Shown here one piece after another: positions 39,183 through 52,160 of a stretch of 64,000 nucleotides of DNA. The notes under the pieces are model-generated. The model had not been told where the DNA came from, did no database searches, and saw only the letters and a list, made by a program, of their open reading frames with translations. This DNA is from Phoronis australis (lineage: Eukaryota; Animalia; Phoronida). Made by a program: the position numbers and the translations under genes. The stretch lies in NCBI GenBank assembly GCA_002633005.1, contig NMRA01000016.1, positions 985,874 through 1,049,873 on the forward strand, read 5' to 3'. Each line of letters opens with the position of its first letter. Position 1 is the stretch's first letter.

Positions 39183-39300
39183 TATTACATGGCGAAGTCG
39201 TTATCCCGGTATCCTAGAGCCCGAGCGGAGAATTATCGTCCGAGAGGCGTGAGCCCCGATAACAATCTCGGGATCTCGCGATAGTTATCTCGGGATCTCG
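39183..39300 (+). repeat. Dispersed repeat, copy also at 13380
   Basis: Shared TATTACATGGCGAAGTCGTTATCCC start; short internal duplication TCTCGGGATCTCG. Confidence 0.65.
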
Positions 39301-39492
39301 AGATAAAGTAAGTGTCCACTAGAGCACTGCGCGTTGAATGGGAACGAGGTGAAGCGGAAGTACATCTCAAACAATGGATTCCACCTTTAAAAGGAACGAA
39401 GCAATTCCAGATCTTTCTAACTCACGTTGACACAACATTATAGATGTGCAAAGGTATCGCATCGGTACCACAGTTAATGCCGGATATATTAA

Positions 39493-40425
39493 AGGAGAAA
39501 GTCACCCGATTTAATTAGTCTTTTTTACCGTCTTAATCGGTCTGTTTCCTCATCGCCTAGCTCTTATACGGTCAACCTCACCTTGCCGAGAGGTGTCACC
39601 TTAACGTGTGAGGAAGGTGAGAAACGACGCAGCGACGTCAGTGGTTCGTCTGCAGAGTGAATGCCGCTAAATTGCGGTGCATCATTTCCGCTTGTCAGAA
39701 CTATGAAGCTGCGAAGAAAGCGGGTGCATCGTTTTTTTTCGACTTCCTCGAGAGCCCGAAATGCTTAGGAAGTAGCTCGCGGTAGTAAAGAATGAAAGGT
39801 AGGCCTACGCTGTTAGTAGCAAGTATGAGGCCGTGGAACATCTCCGTGTCTGTGGCCGGCATTTCATCGACAGTGATTTCTCTGACGAATTACGGCTTAC
39901 CAAAGAACTATCCATACATTCCGTTGCCTGTGCATGTTTACATGTACGTCGCCTCTCTAGCATTTCTTGATCAGTGTATTCCGGTTCGAAATGATAGCCT
40001 GTGAAACCTAACGGTGAAGTCTTCGTTGGATGAGCTCTTGGCGAAGTCGGGATTGGCGCCGGGCGAGTTTCCATGTAGACGTTTATTATTCTGCGTTGTG
40101 TTTCAAAATGAATTATTCTCGTCCTAAAATGATCCTAACCAATGCTTGTATAAAACTGAAACAAAGTCTATCTCATTAGATACAATTTGTAATCTCATGC
40201 CTTGGAGTGCTCGTGAGTACACATGTTTTGAGAAGCCAGCACTGAATAAACCACAGCGTTACCCGTCCGGCTTTTGATGCCGGCAACAAAGGTAATTGAC
40301 CGGGCACCGAGGCCGTGTGAGCGCATGCTAATTCAGTGTTAGCTGATAGAAAGTTGTAGTGAAACAATTACTAGATTTTATATGCTATATGGTCACGTTA
40401 GGAGAATCTTTGAAATACATTATTA
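39493..40425 (+). mobile_element. Second, inverted and truncated copy of the 27323-29023 Kolobok-type element
   Basis: TTAA-AGGAGAAAGTCACCCG start; collinear with the reverse complement of about 28110-29023, including the broken THAP (RVCGRHF). Confidence 0.85.
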
Positions 40426-40504
40426 CTCTGCGCGTGTAAGCGCAGAGTACTGTTGTTCCTAATAGTTTAATCGTGTTATTCCGGGAACATGCAATCCAAT
40501 ATTT

Positions 40505-43500
40505 TTGTCACCTGTTGACGAAGCCTGCATCAGTCAGTATGAAGGGAACAATCAGTATGCAAGACGGGCAAAAGCCACAGACCTAGCATTCTTCTTGCGC
40601 CGTCAGAATTCTGAGGTAAAACCTTCTTGGACAGTATTCAACCAGTCATTGTCTTCCAAGGAGCCCGAACAGACTGCAGTAGGATATATACTCATAATCC
40701 TTGCTCCAGCTCATGAGTTGGATACTTTAAATATTGTTGTAAAGAAATGCATGGCCATATCATCCCATTTTGGACAGGAACATACAGTCCTCACAGTCGA
40801 CCAAGCACTCTACTGCAGACTAATGGAGCTTAAGTGGTCGGTTCCAGAATACCAAACTAAGTTAATTCCTCGCTTAGGAGGTCTTCACGTATCGATGAAC
40901 CTCATCAAGGCCATTGTAGATCACATGAGTGGTTCCAGATTAGCTGAGGTGTGGATAGAGAGTGGACTTCTTGGCCAAGGCACAATGGAACTGGTCCTCA
41001 GTGGAAAGTCCTACAATAAAGCTATGAGGGCACATAAACTGTCTTTGCAAGTTCTGTGGCGTATCCAGGTGCCAAGCCTTCTCTCGTTTATTGCCGAGGC
41101 GGACGAGGACTGTCATACTTGCATTACCAATATGGCTGCAGATGATGATCCACAGAAAATTTAGGAGTTGATAACATTTCTCAATCAGAGAAAGTTTAGG
41201 AAACTCCTGGACGATTTTGTCAACAGTAGGTCTGATGATGTGAATTTCAGCTTCTGGTGGAGTTACATGGACATGGTTGCAACATTGTTACAGTACACCC
41301 GCGCTCAACGGGATGGCATTTGGGAACTGCATCTCTTTTCATTTAGTCTCATGATGCCCTACTTTAAGAGGTATGACCACCTGAATTACGCCAGATGGGG
41401 TCCTGTCTATTTAGCCGAGATGCATCAGCTTCCAGAGACTGTTTGGTCGGAGTTTCAAGCAGGAAATTTTGTAGTCAAGCGATCTCCTCATATGTTCTGT
41501 CAGGTAGATGCTGACCAAGCAATGGAGTGGGTAAATGGGACAGGCAAAAAAGGCGGTGGTATTATCGGTATTACCAAGACAACGTCATGCTCTCTTCCTT
41601 GTTGACCCGTCTTATGACCTTAAACTTAATGATGAAATCATTCCTAGAAAACAGTCGCACAGACATCTGGGTATACTGTTAGATGAAAAACTCTCATTCA
41701 CCCCTCACGTTCGGGAACTCGTACAAAAAACTCAGGAACTAATTAACCCACTTAAGCTTGTCTCTCGTCATCTGAATTCTACACATTTAGAAGTTTTGTT
41801 CAAGTCCTTTGTACTTCCACACATTGATTATTGTGATATTATATATCAGTCTGCCAATACGGGTGCACTCCAACATTTGGAGAAGTTACAATATCAAGCC
41901 GCCTTACTCATAACTGGAGCTTACAGGGGATCCAATAGTGTTAAGGTTTTGAATAATCTCAAGTGGCCCAAACTGTCTACTCGACGCAATCTTCACATGA
42001 CCACATTTACGTTCAAGGTAATAAACAATGTCAACAACGTGTCTGTCAAAAAAATATTTGATCTATATATTAGACAAGGCCATCGTAGTGATTTGAGATT
42101 CTCCACCCCATATGCAATTCCTCCGTCGTTCAGTCAGGCATTCAGAAGGTCTACAGTCATGATGTGCATCAACAACTGGAATTCTCTTCCAGTCTCTGTT
42201 AAGGAAAGCAACTCTTTTACGAGTATAAAAAATAATTTTAGAACTGTTTTTCATAATTTTGATAACTCAACACCCTTGACTCAATTCTCCCTTACCCGCG
42301 ATAACGAAATAGCATTGTACAGATCAAGATGTGGCCTTTTCCTCAACTCTGACAAGTTCAGGCACAACTTTAGTAATGTATCTCCAAACTGTAAATGTGG
42401 TGACCATCAATCTTATCCTCATATTTTCTTCAAATGTCCCCTCATCGAATCCCTGAGAGACTCACTCTTTCGTGCACTCAATGATAACCAATCAGTTGTT
42501 AACGCTCTCAATTCTTGTAATAATATCCCTACTAGAGTTACATTATTACTGAATGGTAGTCCTAACCTTGACTTTGTTCTTAACGAATTCCTCCTAAGCA
42601 ACGTTAGCAAATTTTTATATACCGTTTATCAATATTGTTGCATCTGATTTCCCTACATGAATCTGTAAATATTTTTGTTTTTATATATCTGTAATAGCAT
42701 GCCTAAGTATTGGAATACTTATTTTAGATACTACTTAATTGTATATATCTCTATGTATATAAGTTTCATTTATGAATTGTTTACAACCCAGATATAATGC
42801 TTCGCGGTTTTTGGGTTTGTTATTATTTCTTTGTATGTTCTGTGTATCCTTCAATAAATATATATCACAGTGAAAAAAAAAAGACAACGTCAGCTCTATG
42901 CAGATGGACACTTTCCTTTAACCTGAGATCTCATATAGCTGAACAGCATTATCAAATGTATGGTCTGCACTGTGGGAGTACACAGCTTCACAACGAGGCC
43001 ACGAAAGCGAGACAACTGAGAGACAATAATGACGAGAGTTCTCTTCTTTCCACTTTCCAGGGATTTAAGGTCTTCTCGTCTGCACGGCCTGAGCTGCTGC
43101 AAAACCTTGCAACAGAAGATCTAGCAACAGCACCAATCCAAGAGTCACTTCTGCATGCCAAGGAATTTGGACACGAACAAATTAAGGAATTTGTTCGAGA
43201 CAGATTAGTCATCGCTGAGCAATGCAATAAGGCAGATGTGTCAATTCATGCGTCTATGCGCAGAAATAATGCCCCGACATTTGCCACCTTATATGTTGTA
43301 GTGAAACAAACCAAAGACAAAGACAAAGACAAGAAAAAATAATTCTGAAGGCAGACAGGAATGTCCTTCGTCGACTAATTACGGCTTATGAGGCGGGTCG
43401 GCCAGTTGATTTGCCATCTGTGCTCAAACACGAGCTTCTTCCCGTCCCCCTTTCCCTTGCTGAAATGAGTGGCACGTTACGCTCTGGAAATAAATCTTTA

Positions 43501-44790
43501 CTTGCCGACATACTGACAGAACACAATGACTGTCCTGAAAGAATTCAACTTCATGACACGTCTTCTTGTCTCATTATTGATGGCCAAGCATTATTGGTAG
43601 CTCTTGGGAAGCCTGATGGTGCTGTGACCTTTGGAGACCTGGCTGATTCATTCGTGAAAACGGTGCTCAACACAGGATCCCAGTACCATAGAATTGATAT
43701 TGTATTCGATAGATACAGAGAAGAAACAATAAAAGGCACAACCAGAAAACATCGCAGTAAAGGAATGCGACCAATCAGGCGGCTTGTGGAAGGCCGTGAT
43801 GTACCTCTTCCTCAAAACTGGTCAAATTTTCTGGCATTGGCCGAGAATAAGGCAGACCTAGCACATTTCTTGTCAGAGGAACTCTGTTTGCAGAGTCCAG
43901 AAGATAGAGAGGTTATAGTAGCCGGAGGGTTTAGAGATGAGCTGGAAGTCAAGTCATCTAACGATTCGACTGATTTGAGACCCCTGAAATCCACAAACGA
44001 AGAAGCAGATACAAGAATGGTACTGCATGCTGTCCACAGCCAATTTAATACAGTAGACGTATCTTCCAGAGACACTGATGTTCTACTACTTCTGGTATCG
44101 CACTTTCACCAAATGCAATGTGAACATCTCTGGATGATGTCGGGCACATCAAAGAAACGACGATATATACCTATCGAAACAGTTTTCAACAAACTGTCAA
44201 GAGACTCGGCAACATCCTTGTTAGCTTTTCATGCACTGACCGGGTGTGACACCACCTCGTACTTTGCCAATCACACGAAACGATCATCATGGAAGGTGTT
44301 CCTAGGCCATCACAGATTGCTTAAGAACTTGGGCATTGGTGAACTCACGGAGGAAACTATGAGGTTTCCAGAAGCATTTGTCTGCAGAATATACAACCTG
44401 ACCAGAACAGACTCTGTAGATGAGGCACGCCATTTACTATTCTCCAAGACCGTGAAACCAGAAGCTCTTCCCCCAACGCATAGTGCCCTCTGTTTCCATC
44501 TGATGAGAGTGCACTATCAGGTCAAGGTATGGCGAAATGCTCATTGTCCCATACCTGAGCTCCCAGCACCCTCTGATATGGGATGGACACACACGGAAAC
44601 AGGACTTCAGCCCATACTGATGACACAGAGCCATATTCCAGACAGTTGCCTAGAAATGGTATCGTGTGCATGCCAGAAACAATGCAATAGTAGACGATGC
44701 AAATGCAGGAAATCTGGATTACGATGCACATCATTATGCTCATGTCAGCAGCACATTCACGGTCAGACTCCTTGTATGAATACAGTTTGA
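40505..44790 (+). pseudogene. Academ transposase/XPG-like nuclease/Cys8 protein, disrupted
   Basis: One in-frame stop (41162-64), one LINE insertion and one frameshift in the A-run near 43340; otherwise open. Confidence 0.85.
41588..42880 (+). mobile_element. 5'-truncated CR1-group LINE
   Basis: RT C-terminal region HRHLGILLD..LPHIDYCDIIY..W..L..RR..C.CG...H.FFKCP (open to 42647); 3' UTR, AATAAA 42853, poly(A); TSD AAGACAACGTCA at 41576-87 and 42881-92. Confidence 0.92.
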
Positions 44791-47700
44791 TTTGCTTCAC
44801 GCGTGTAAACATTACCAAAAATAATTCTTACTAAAAGAATCTAATGATGACCATTGATATCATAAATGTCAATAACTATTTTTGATTTTTATGAATTGAA
44901 GATTACGGAATAATGTGAACTTTTGTCCTTATCTTCTGCCAACATAGAGAGACTGTGTTAAACGAGCAATGCAGACCAACGACTATATTTTCGTCATTCT
45001 GTAAGTATTCCATAACCCAATACATATGAAATGAATTGCTTCATAAGTGTCTTCATCATATTTGTTGACCATGAAAACATAAGTACAAACACCTCATCTT
45101 TCAAATCAGACTCCAGGAACACAAAGTTACGACGAAAATTGTTTTGTGTGGTAATGGCGGCAGCTAATTTGCATAATTAGTTTTTGGAGTTATAACTTTT
45201 TATATTGCATATGTCATGTATTGCTCAAAAACTATTTGTAAGATGTGTACAGGTGAAGCATTTCATCGTTTTAAATGGTATGCTGTGATTTCTACTACAA
45301 GAATGCACCTGAACTTGACAATTTGGCCGCCATTTTGTTTATGCAAATTAGATGGTCAAAAATGCAAAATTCGGCTTGGGAACAGGGTTAGTTGAATTCG
45401 CCATACCTTGATTGTGTGAAAAAGTCTTGTTCCCAACTTTTACTAAAAAATGCTTCTAGAACCTTATACAGGGCTCTTTTCAGGAAATGCGTCTAGACTA
45501 NNNNNNNNNNNNNNNNNNNNNNNNNNNNNNNNNNNNNNNNNNNNNNNNNNNNNNNNNNNNNNNNNNNNNNNNNNNNNNNNNNNNNNNNNNNNNNNNNNNN
45601 NNNNNNNNNNNNNNNNNNNNNNNNNNNNNNNNNNNNNNNNNNNNNNNNNNNNNNNNNNNNNNNNNNNNNNNNNNNNNNNNNNNNNNNNNNNNNNNNNNNN
45701 NNNNNNNNNNNNNNNNNNNNNNNNNNNNNNNNNNNNNNNNNNNNNNNNNNNNNNNNNNNNNNNNNNNNNNNNNCACTGCGACGAGTAACCATAAATGAAA
45801 GGTACAATAAGTGGATAAAGGAGGACACAGAAAACACTTCAAGAAGCACGTATACAAACAAGACATAGCCACCTCTAAGTGAAACACAGACACACGTACA
45901 CACATATGCGAAACTTAAGCATTGGCAATGTGACAAACTTATTTTCCAGAGTCACAGACCAGGGCTACAATGTTTTTTCGCAAGTTCGTTCGCTCATACT
46001 AATTGATTGTGTCCCTTTCTCATTAAAATACTTCTTTTCTAACGTACTCGTAAGTCTCCCCTTCTCCATCGCAACTCAGTTTTTTACCATCTCCCTTCAA
46101 CGAATTCTGTTGCTCATGGAACAATGAGGCGTTCTTTTTTCCAAACATACTATTTCCTGGGACACTTTTCTTCTGAAATATGATTTTTTTTCATTCAACA
46201 TGAATTCTAACGTGTCAACAGTAAGACACTGCGATTCTCAGCATTAACAACGCTTTTATGGACTTCTATTTCGATACCATGGCTCATAATGCACCGGAAA
46301 GGGTCAAATACTACGAAGTGTATCTAATTGAATTCACCATGGATTCTTTTTATACAATTTTTATTCTACTGTGTCAACAGTCAAACATCTGTGATTCAGC
46401 ATGATCCTCATTTTTATGTTCTTGCATAGTTCCGCTATGGTGAACAAGCCACCGAAAAGGTTGTAAACTTTCCAAAGTCGAACGCGTGCGGAGACATTAT
46501 TGTCACTTTCTGACAATAATCTTTCTAGTTACCCATTGAACATAGTAATGCTAGCAAAATTAGAAACAGCTTCTGCGGAGTGCAAATCAAATCAGAAATG
46601 CTCTCCTCAGTACCGTAGGATCACACCTGCCGGTTCCCACCTTTCATCATGATCTTCAAGAACTTTGGAGGAGAAGCAAACGAGGCCAACACAATTAAAA
46701 GGCCACTTGGGGACACAACGTACTGTAGGTCAAAAGCCAGCTGAATCTGGGCAGGTGCTGACGTTTACGCCATAGTAATTAAAACTGTTTGGTAGGTATC
46801 AAGGTAAACGCAAAGACAAACAACACTGCAACTGGGCGACACGAAATTTTTGCAAACTCGTGATTTTCTGCGCCTATACTGTATAAACAATTACGCTTGA
46901 AGCAAACCCCAACTTAAGTGTGGCTATTATTAATTTCATGGGAATCATGCGTCCATTATTTTCAGAGACATGAAAAATATTTAACAGGTTTTTGTTCAGG
47001 TGCTGGACGAATTCAAGGTGGTAATGGGAGATGGCAATGCAGAGGCCCTTTTCAAAAAAGTGGTGTCCACAAAGCCATCAACGTTTCTACTGATATTCGA
47101 TCACGTGACAACTCATGGTGGTGTACAAAAGCATTGCTGAGTGTCTGACTAGGCTAAATCAAGGCAGAGGTACGGAATGCATTTTACCCATCAAAGGGTG
47201 GTGAAACAAATCACTATCAGATAAATTAACAAACGTCTGTTTTAACAGAAGTAGAGGAGTTCCCGAATACTTGACTTCTGCAGTCAATCTAGCGCTTTGC
47301 ATCGGTCGGGGAAGCAGAAATAGTAGGAACTGTGTAAATTAGATGAAGATGAATTGACAGCACCTTAAAAAGGTGCATTTGAAATTGTGTATATGTACAT
47401 GTAGTGCATATAAAGAAGAACTTGGAATTACACTGTTTTTTTGTGAGGAACACTTTTGAAGCCCACAAATCACCTCTAGCTGGATTACCGAACAATTTCA
47501 AAACGGAAGTGGACTAAATCCGACGTTATTTTTTTGCAAGCAACGTGCGTTCGTAGCCACCTTAACAGCAAACAAAAACACAAAGCTCAAAACTCCCAGA
47601 GCAGCACGTTCAAGTGGTAGCGGGGTAAATTAGCAAGACTTCCAGGCTCATATTTTTAAAGTCTACAACTTTTTCATCTTAAGGTGACCGCTCCAAGAAG

Positions 47701-48784
47701 GGTAGTGGTACATGTAACTATTTACTGCTGACACTACACCATCTACACCAGCACCAAGACTTTCTGCGCACATCAAAACTGTGTGCAAGTTGGAGTATAC
47801 GACATTTCTGAATCGGATCATTTTCAAACAGACAAAGAAAATATCAGTAAGGAAGTCTAGGCTGATTTGTACAACACTCATGACAATAACTAGATTCTTC
47901 TCATGTGAAATGGATTCATGGAACATGGTCTCGATTCTTTACCAGTTTTGAGTCGCTTCACACTCTTTTTAAGATGCATTATTAAAGGGGAACTTTGCCA
48001 CTGTTTAGCTGTCAATGTTGAATTCTTAACCTAAGTGCTTTGGGATTTAAAACATTACCAAGCTCATACAAATGTTGAATAATCCAATAAGCCATCAATT
48101 CAAATTATAAAAAACGCCTACATACACAACTTTCAAAATTGCAATTTTAGGTTTGGCCAACCACAATAAATTCTGAATGCTTTTCTTGAGTCTCTGGTTT
48201 TGATGTTCCTGTTGGTAAAGGGAATAAATCCTACTACAGTGAAGATTAACATCAAGGTAATTTATGATAGTAAAAGGTCGAAATAGATTTTTGCTTTTTC
48301 ACCAGCTAAACAGTGGGAAATGCAGTTTAAAGCACAAAGATCACCTTCAGCAGATTTTAGATTTCGTTCATAGTTATAAGTGTGCAGTAATAATTCCTGG
48401 AGAATCCCATTTCAGTGAGTATGAGAGACCGAGATTTTTATTAATTTCCGTTATTGGCTCCCAAAACTTCTACAACTTTCGGAGGCTCGATTTTATTACA
48501 CAGGTGAAGATTCCATACAAGGCTTTAAAGTTACAGCAACCTTTATCAAATTAAACAGCAGTTTTTGCGAGTGTTCAAAATAAAAAATACCCCTTCTACA
48601 ATGATGATTCAGGAACACTGGGGTTTCAGTTCATTAAGTCATAAAATTACAAGTAAGAGGAATAGACTGCAGAACACAACAATCGCTATTAATATAGTAA
48701 CAATCTTATAAAAAGTAGAATAAAATATCACTAATAAACAACACTTTTCCTAGACTTCAATTAAAAAAATTGAGTGCTTAACTC

Positions 48785-48926
48785 AGAAATTTGAGAAAGG
48801 TCGTTATAGTAAGTCAAGAACCCGTTTGGAATAATGCCAACCAGTAAAACAACTAAGAAATTTGAGAAAGGTCGTTATAGTAAGTCAAGAACCCGTTTGG
48901 AATAATGCCAACCAGTAAAACAACTA
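48785..48926. repeat. Perfect 71-bp tandem duplication
   Basis: AGAAATTTGAGAAAGGTCG...AAAACAACTA occurs twice back to back. Confidence 0.9.
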
Positions 48927-49630
48927 TTAATTTATTAAATCAATAACTATTAATATTTACGTTCTTTGTACAAGAACATTACAGTGATTTTGGTGAATAA
49001 AAATCAAACAGCACGTGATGTTCATAAAACTGATGACACATAAAAATCATATAACAGAAAAAGTCTTCAACATTTAGTGAGTGTTATCAAAAACAAATAC
49101 TACACATTTAAAACTAGTAAAAAAATCCATGTATGACATAGATCAATCAACATTATGCAAACATTCCAATGTGGAATCAAAGAAATCAAATTATTGACCG
49201 AGAATTAATTTTTAACTCTACAAATGTCGAAGATAAAGAGATAAGTGTGATCATGGGCTCCTCATAGCTGTGACAAACATGACTTTATGTTGACAGCAAC
49301 ATTTACCTACTAGAACAGTTGGCATTACTTTCTTCTAGCATCCGAGGTCTGCCTGCCTCTCGGTGATCGCAACGCAGCTGGGCACAATAAGTTTCGACCA
49401 CCAATCTTCTTCAAGTCCCATGCATCAATCATGGTATGTGACAGGACGATTAATCTTAAAGTCCATGATGTCGCATGGTTAGTTTGACACTTCAGTAGAC
49501 CAATACCTTGAAGTGTTTCTGGGAATGACTTAACTGCATCTCCTTGGTGAGAGCAAATCAACATCTCTACACCATTGATCCCTGAGATACTTTTAACTGA
49601 GTTGTTGAACGTCATGACAAGAGCCTGGCA

Positions 49631-51216
49631 CTAGTCCATTTGGGAGAGTTGAGCATCATGACCAGAGACTGCCACTGGTGCACTTGGGAGATCGTAATTG
49701 ACACTGGCTTGTTGTAGTCTGCCACACGCATTAGATAACACATGCTTCATGTGACCCTGGAATGCACAGCACACAAATCAATTTTGATTTTTTTCGCAGC
49801 CCAATTGTCAAAAAAGCCCCATGAAACTTGGTTGACATTGCAAGCATCATCAATATACTTCAGACTAATCTAATGACATGACTCCTGCTCTCATGAAACA
49901 ACTCGCGAACTGGTAAACTCAGCTTGTTGACTCACAAACACAGCTCCACACTCACAAAAAAGCTTACGCATCAAAAAAAAAAAACACAGCTGACTGTCTC
50001 ACATGTCTAAAAATCTTGTGCAGGACTCTGCAAACAGTCAGTGAACCTTGTTTACAGGTGCTGCAGCTTCATTAGCAGGCCAACAGCCATGGTTTTCATT
50101 TTTGTAGACAGCATTTTGTGAGCACATGTCCGGGTTTGTGAGTCTTTCTGAGTGCAGAACTATGTTCACATGCGATAATATACAATAGCAACGCAAACAG
50201 TTATGATGGTACAGTATGCTTAAACTAGCCTCAGAAAGGCATTGCATAGGGTCATAAGAGCATAAGACATTCACATTTAAAGATAATTAATTCTGTACTA
50301 AAGTAATTCTAGATGTACTGTATATGACAATTTAATAACCAGACGATACCATTTCCTATCACTACAGCTAATTATCTCAACAACAAGAGTGACAGGTAAT
50401 AACTTTTACAACAGAAAAAATTCTAATTATAAAACTGCTGAGCAACCTTAATGACATTCCTAATTATTCCGCTGAATTCTCGCTCATGAGTGAAGCATAT
50501 CCTGACAATGAATTTGACTGCTTCTGCAGTCTTCATGACAGGGAACTCTGGGTAATACTCATTTCATGTTCTGTGTCAGGTATCCAACAGGACAAACATT
50601 CAAAACTCACCGGCTCTCCAGCCCTGCACCGGGGGCACCCTGATACAGACTTGACAAGTGGAGCCATGAGACCATTATTCCTGAAAGACGCCTGTAGAGG
50701 CTCTTTCATACTTTTCGTTCGACACGTTTGATGTAAAGCAAACCTGCTATCATCCAAGGTCACCCCGTTCAACATGTCTGAATGCATCACTTCGTGGGTG
50801 TTGAGGCTAAAGACATCATCCACCAACGAGAATTTGGGTTTCTGAAATTACGCAAGTATTGATTTTCAGGTTAACACCCAAAATTAAGTTAATAAACCTT
50901 ATTGATTTTTATAACAAGCACATTCATTAATAACGCACATTTATTACACTCTTAGAGTACTTCGATGTGAGTATTGTCATATTGAAAATTCACTTAGTCC
51001 AAGTTTAGGACCTGTGGAACCTCGTGCTTCAATGCCAGCCATCCTAACCAGTCTACCAAAGAGCAATAATTTCGAGCCGAGACCATCCGGACCGTAGACT
51101 GGTACCAATACCTTAATTTGTAATTCCTGGTCACAGGCGGTGTTCAAAAAGCATGGTGCGTCTTCCCACGTTTTGCCTAGAGGTGAAGCACGTCGTTTTC
51201 GTACGCAAAAAGACAT
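49631..51216 (-). CDS. C10orf143-like small protein (153 aa, 3 coding exons)
   Basis: Exons 51216-51112, 50841-50611 and 49756-49631, all phase 0 with GT-AG; N-terminal RKRR; splicing creates CPRCRAGEP|GHMKH, like the CPRCIAGESGH motif I recall from vertebrate C10orf143. Confidence 0.7.
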
Positions 51217-51685
51217 GTTCAAGGCAGAGAACGGCTTAATTCTGCAGCTTAAACGCACAGGTGATTAATGGTACACGCCATTTTTCAAAATTTACCGTTC
51301 AAACTATCCTTCAGTGTGTGAAGAGCTTTTTACAATACCGCCGTCTGGCGACCACGTTGAAAAAAACTGGAATACCTCGGGGACACGAGGACTTCCACCG
51401 AAAGTAGGCCTACTCATCTTCTTCCCATTTACAACAAACGATCGTAATATCGATCCTTACATGTTGGCGCAATTAAGTAATAACTGAGGTGTGCATAACT
51501 GTGAAAATAACAATAAAACAAACTGCTGGTTAGTGCCAAGATGTATGTACACTGCCGGCAGCAAAAACCTGTCAATCTTATATACGGTAACGTGAATTAA
51601 TTTTAATGTGCTGTTTACTTTCAAACCTCCTGAGTCCATAAAACCCTGTGTCGCATATTCCAGTCCATCACTTTTCGGCAAACCC

Positions 51686-52160
51686 CTTTTCCCAGCTGGG
51701 CGCGTGGGACCTGACGCGGGACCGGCAGGACTAGCCCGGCGTTGAAACCGGATGAGTGTGACTGATGCCAATGGGGTGGATAACTCAGACGTAGAACCTA
51801 AACCAGAAGTGAGAATAGTTCAGTAGGCTGGACGACACCGGCCAATGACCCAGCGTAGTGCCGGGCGCGGGACTCCGCGGACGCGCCGGCTGAGCAAAGG
51901 CGCGCCCAAGCGAGGCAAAGTATGTTACGGCATTCTGTCTATAAAAGACTTACGGTACCACTACACCGGCCACTTACCGGTCAGATCATAATAAAATTGG
52001 TCTTGTTTTGTTCCTGTTGCTGAAACTAGTGACGTATGTATGTTGCCTACTCGGAAAGACCCGGTGACATTTCTTCCGGTAGACACGAATTTACTGAGCT
52101 CACTTTATCTGTTTTGAGGCGGACCTTGTTGCCCACTTCGCCAGCGCTTATGGACCTCGC
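51686..52160. promoter_or_regulatory. CpG/GC-rich promoter-like island upstream of the C10orf143-like gene
   Basis: GC well above the flanks; two CCAAT boxes (~51768, ~51842), TATAAAA (~51940), GTGACGT and CCGGAAG motifs; minus-strand GTAAGT donors at ~51977 and ~51953 suggest a non-coding first exon. Confidence 0.45.

Larger units (their letters stand above)
40450..45500 (+). mobile_element. Academ (AcademX-type) DNA transposon, 5'-truncated, with nested LINE
   Basis: Transposase pieces 40505-41587, 42893-43340 and 43341-44790: TVDQALY, RLGGLH, YDHLNYARW, DQAME; XPG/PIN-like IIDG, VFDRY, EEADTR, SRDTDV, TGCD; Cys8 tail. Terminus reads TAGTCTAG.. on the minus strand at 45500. Confidence 0.85.
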
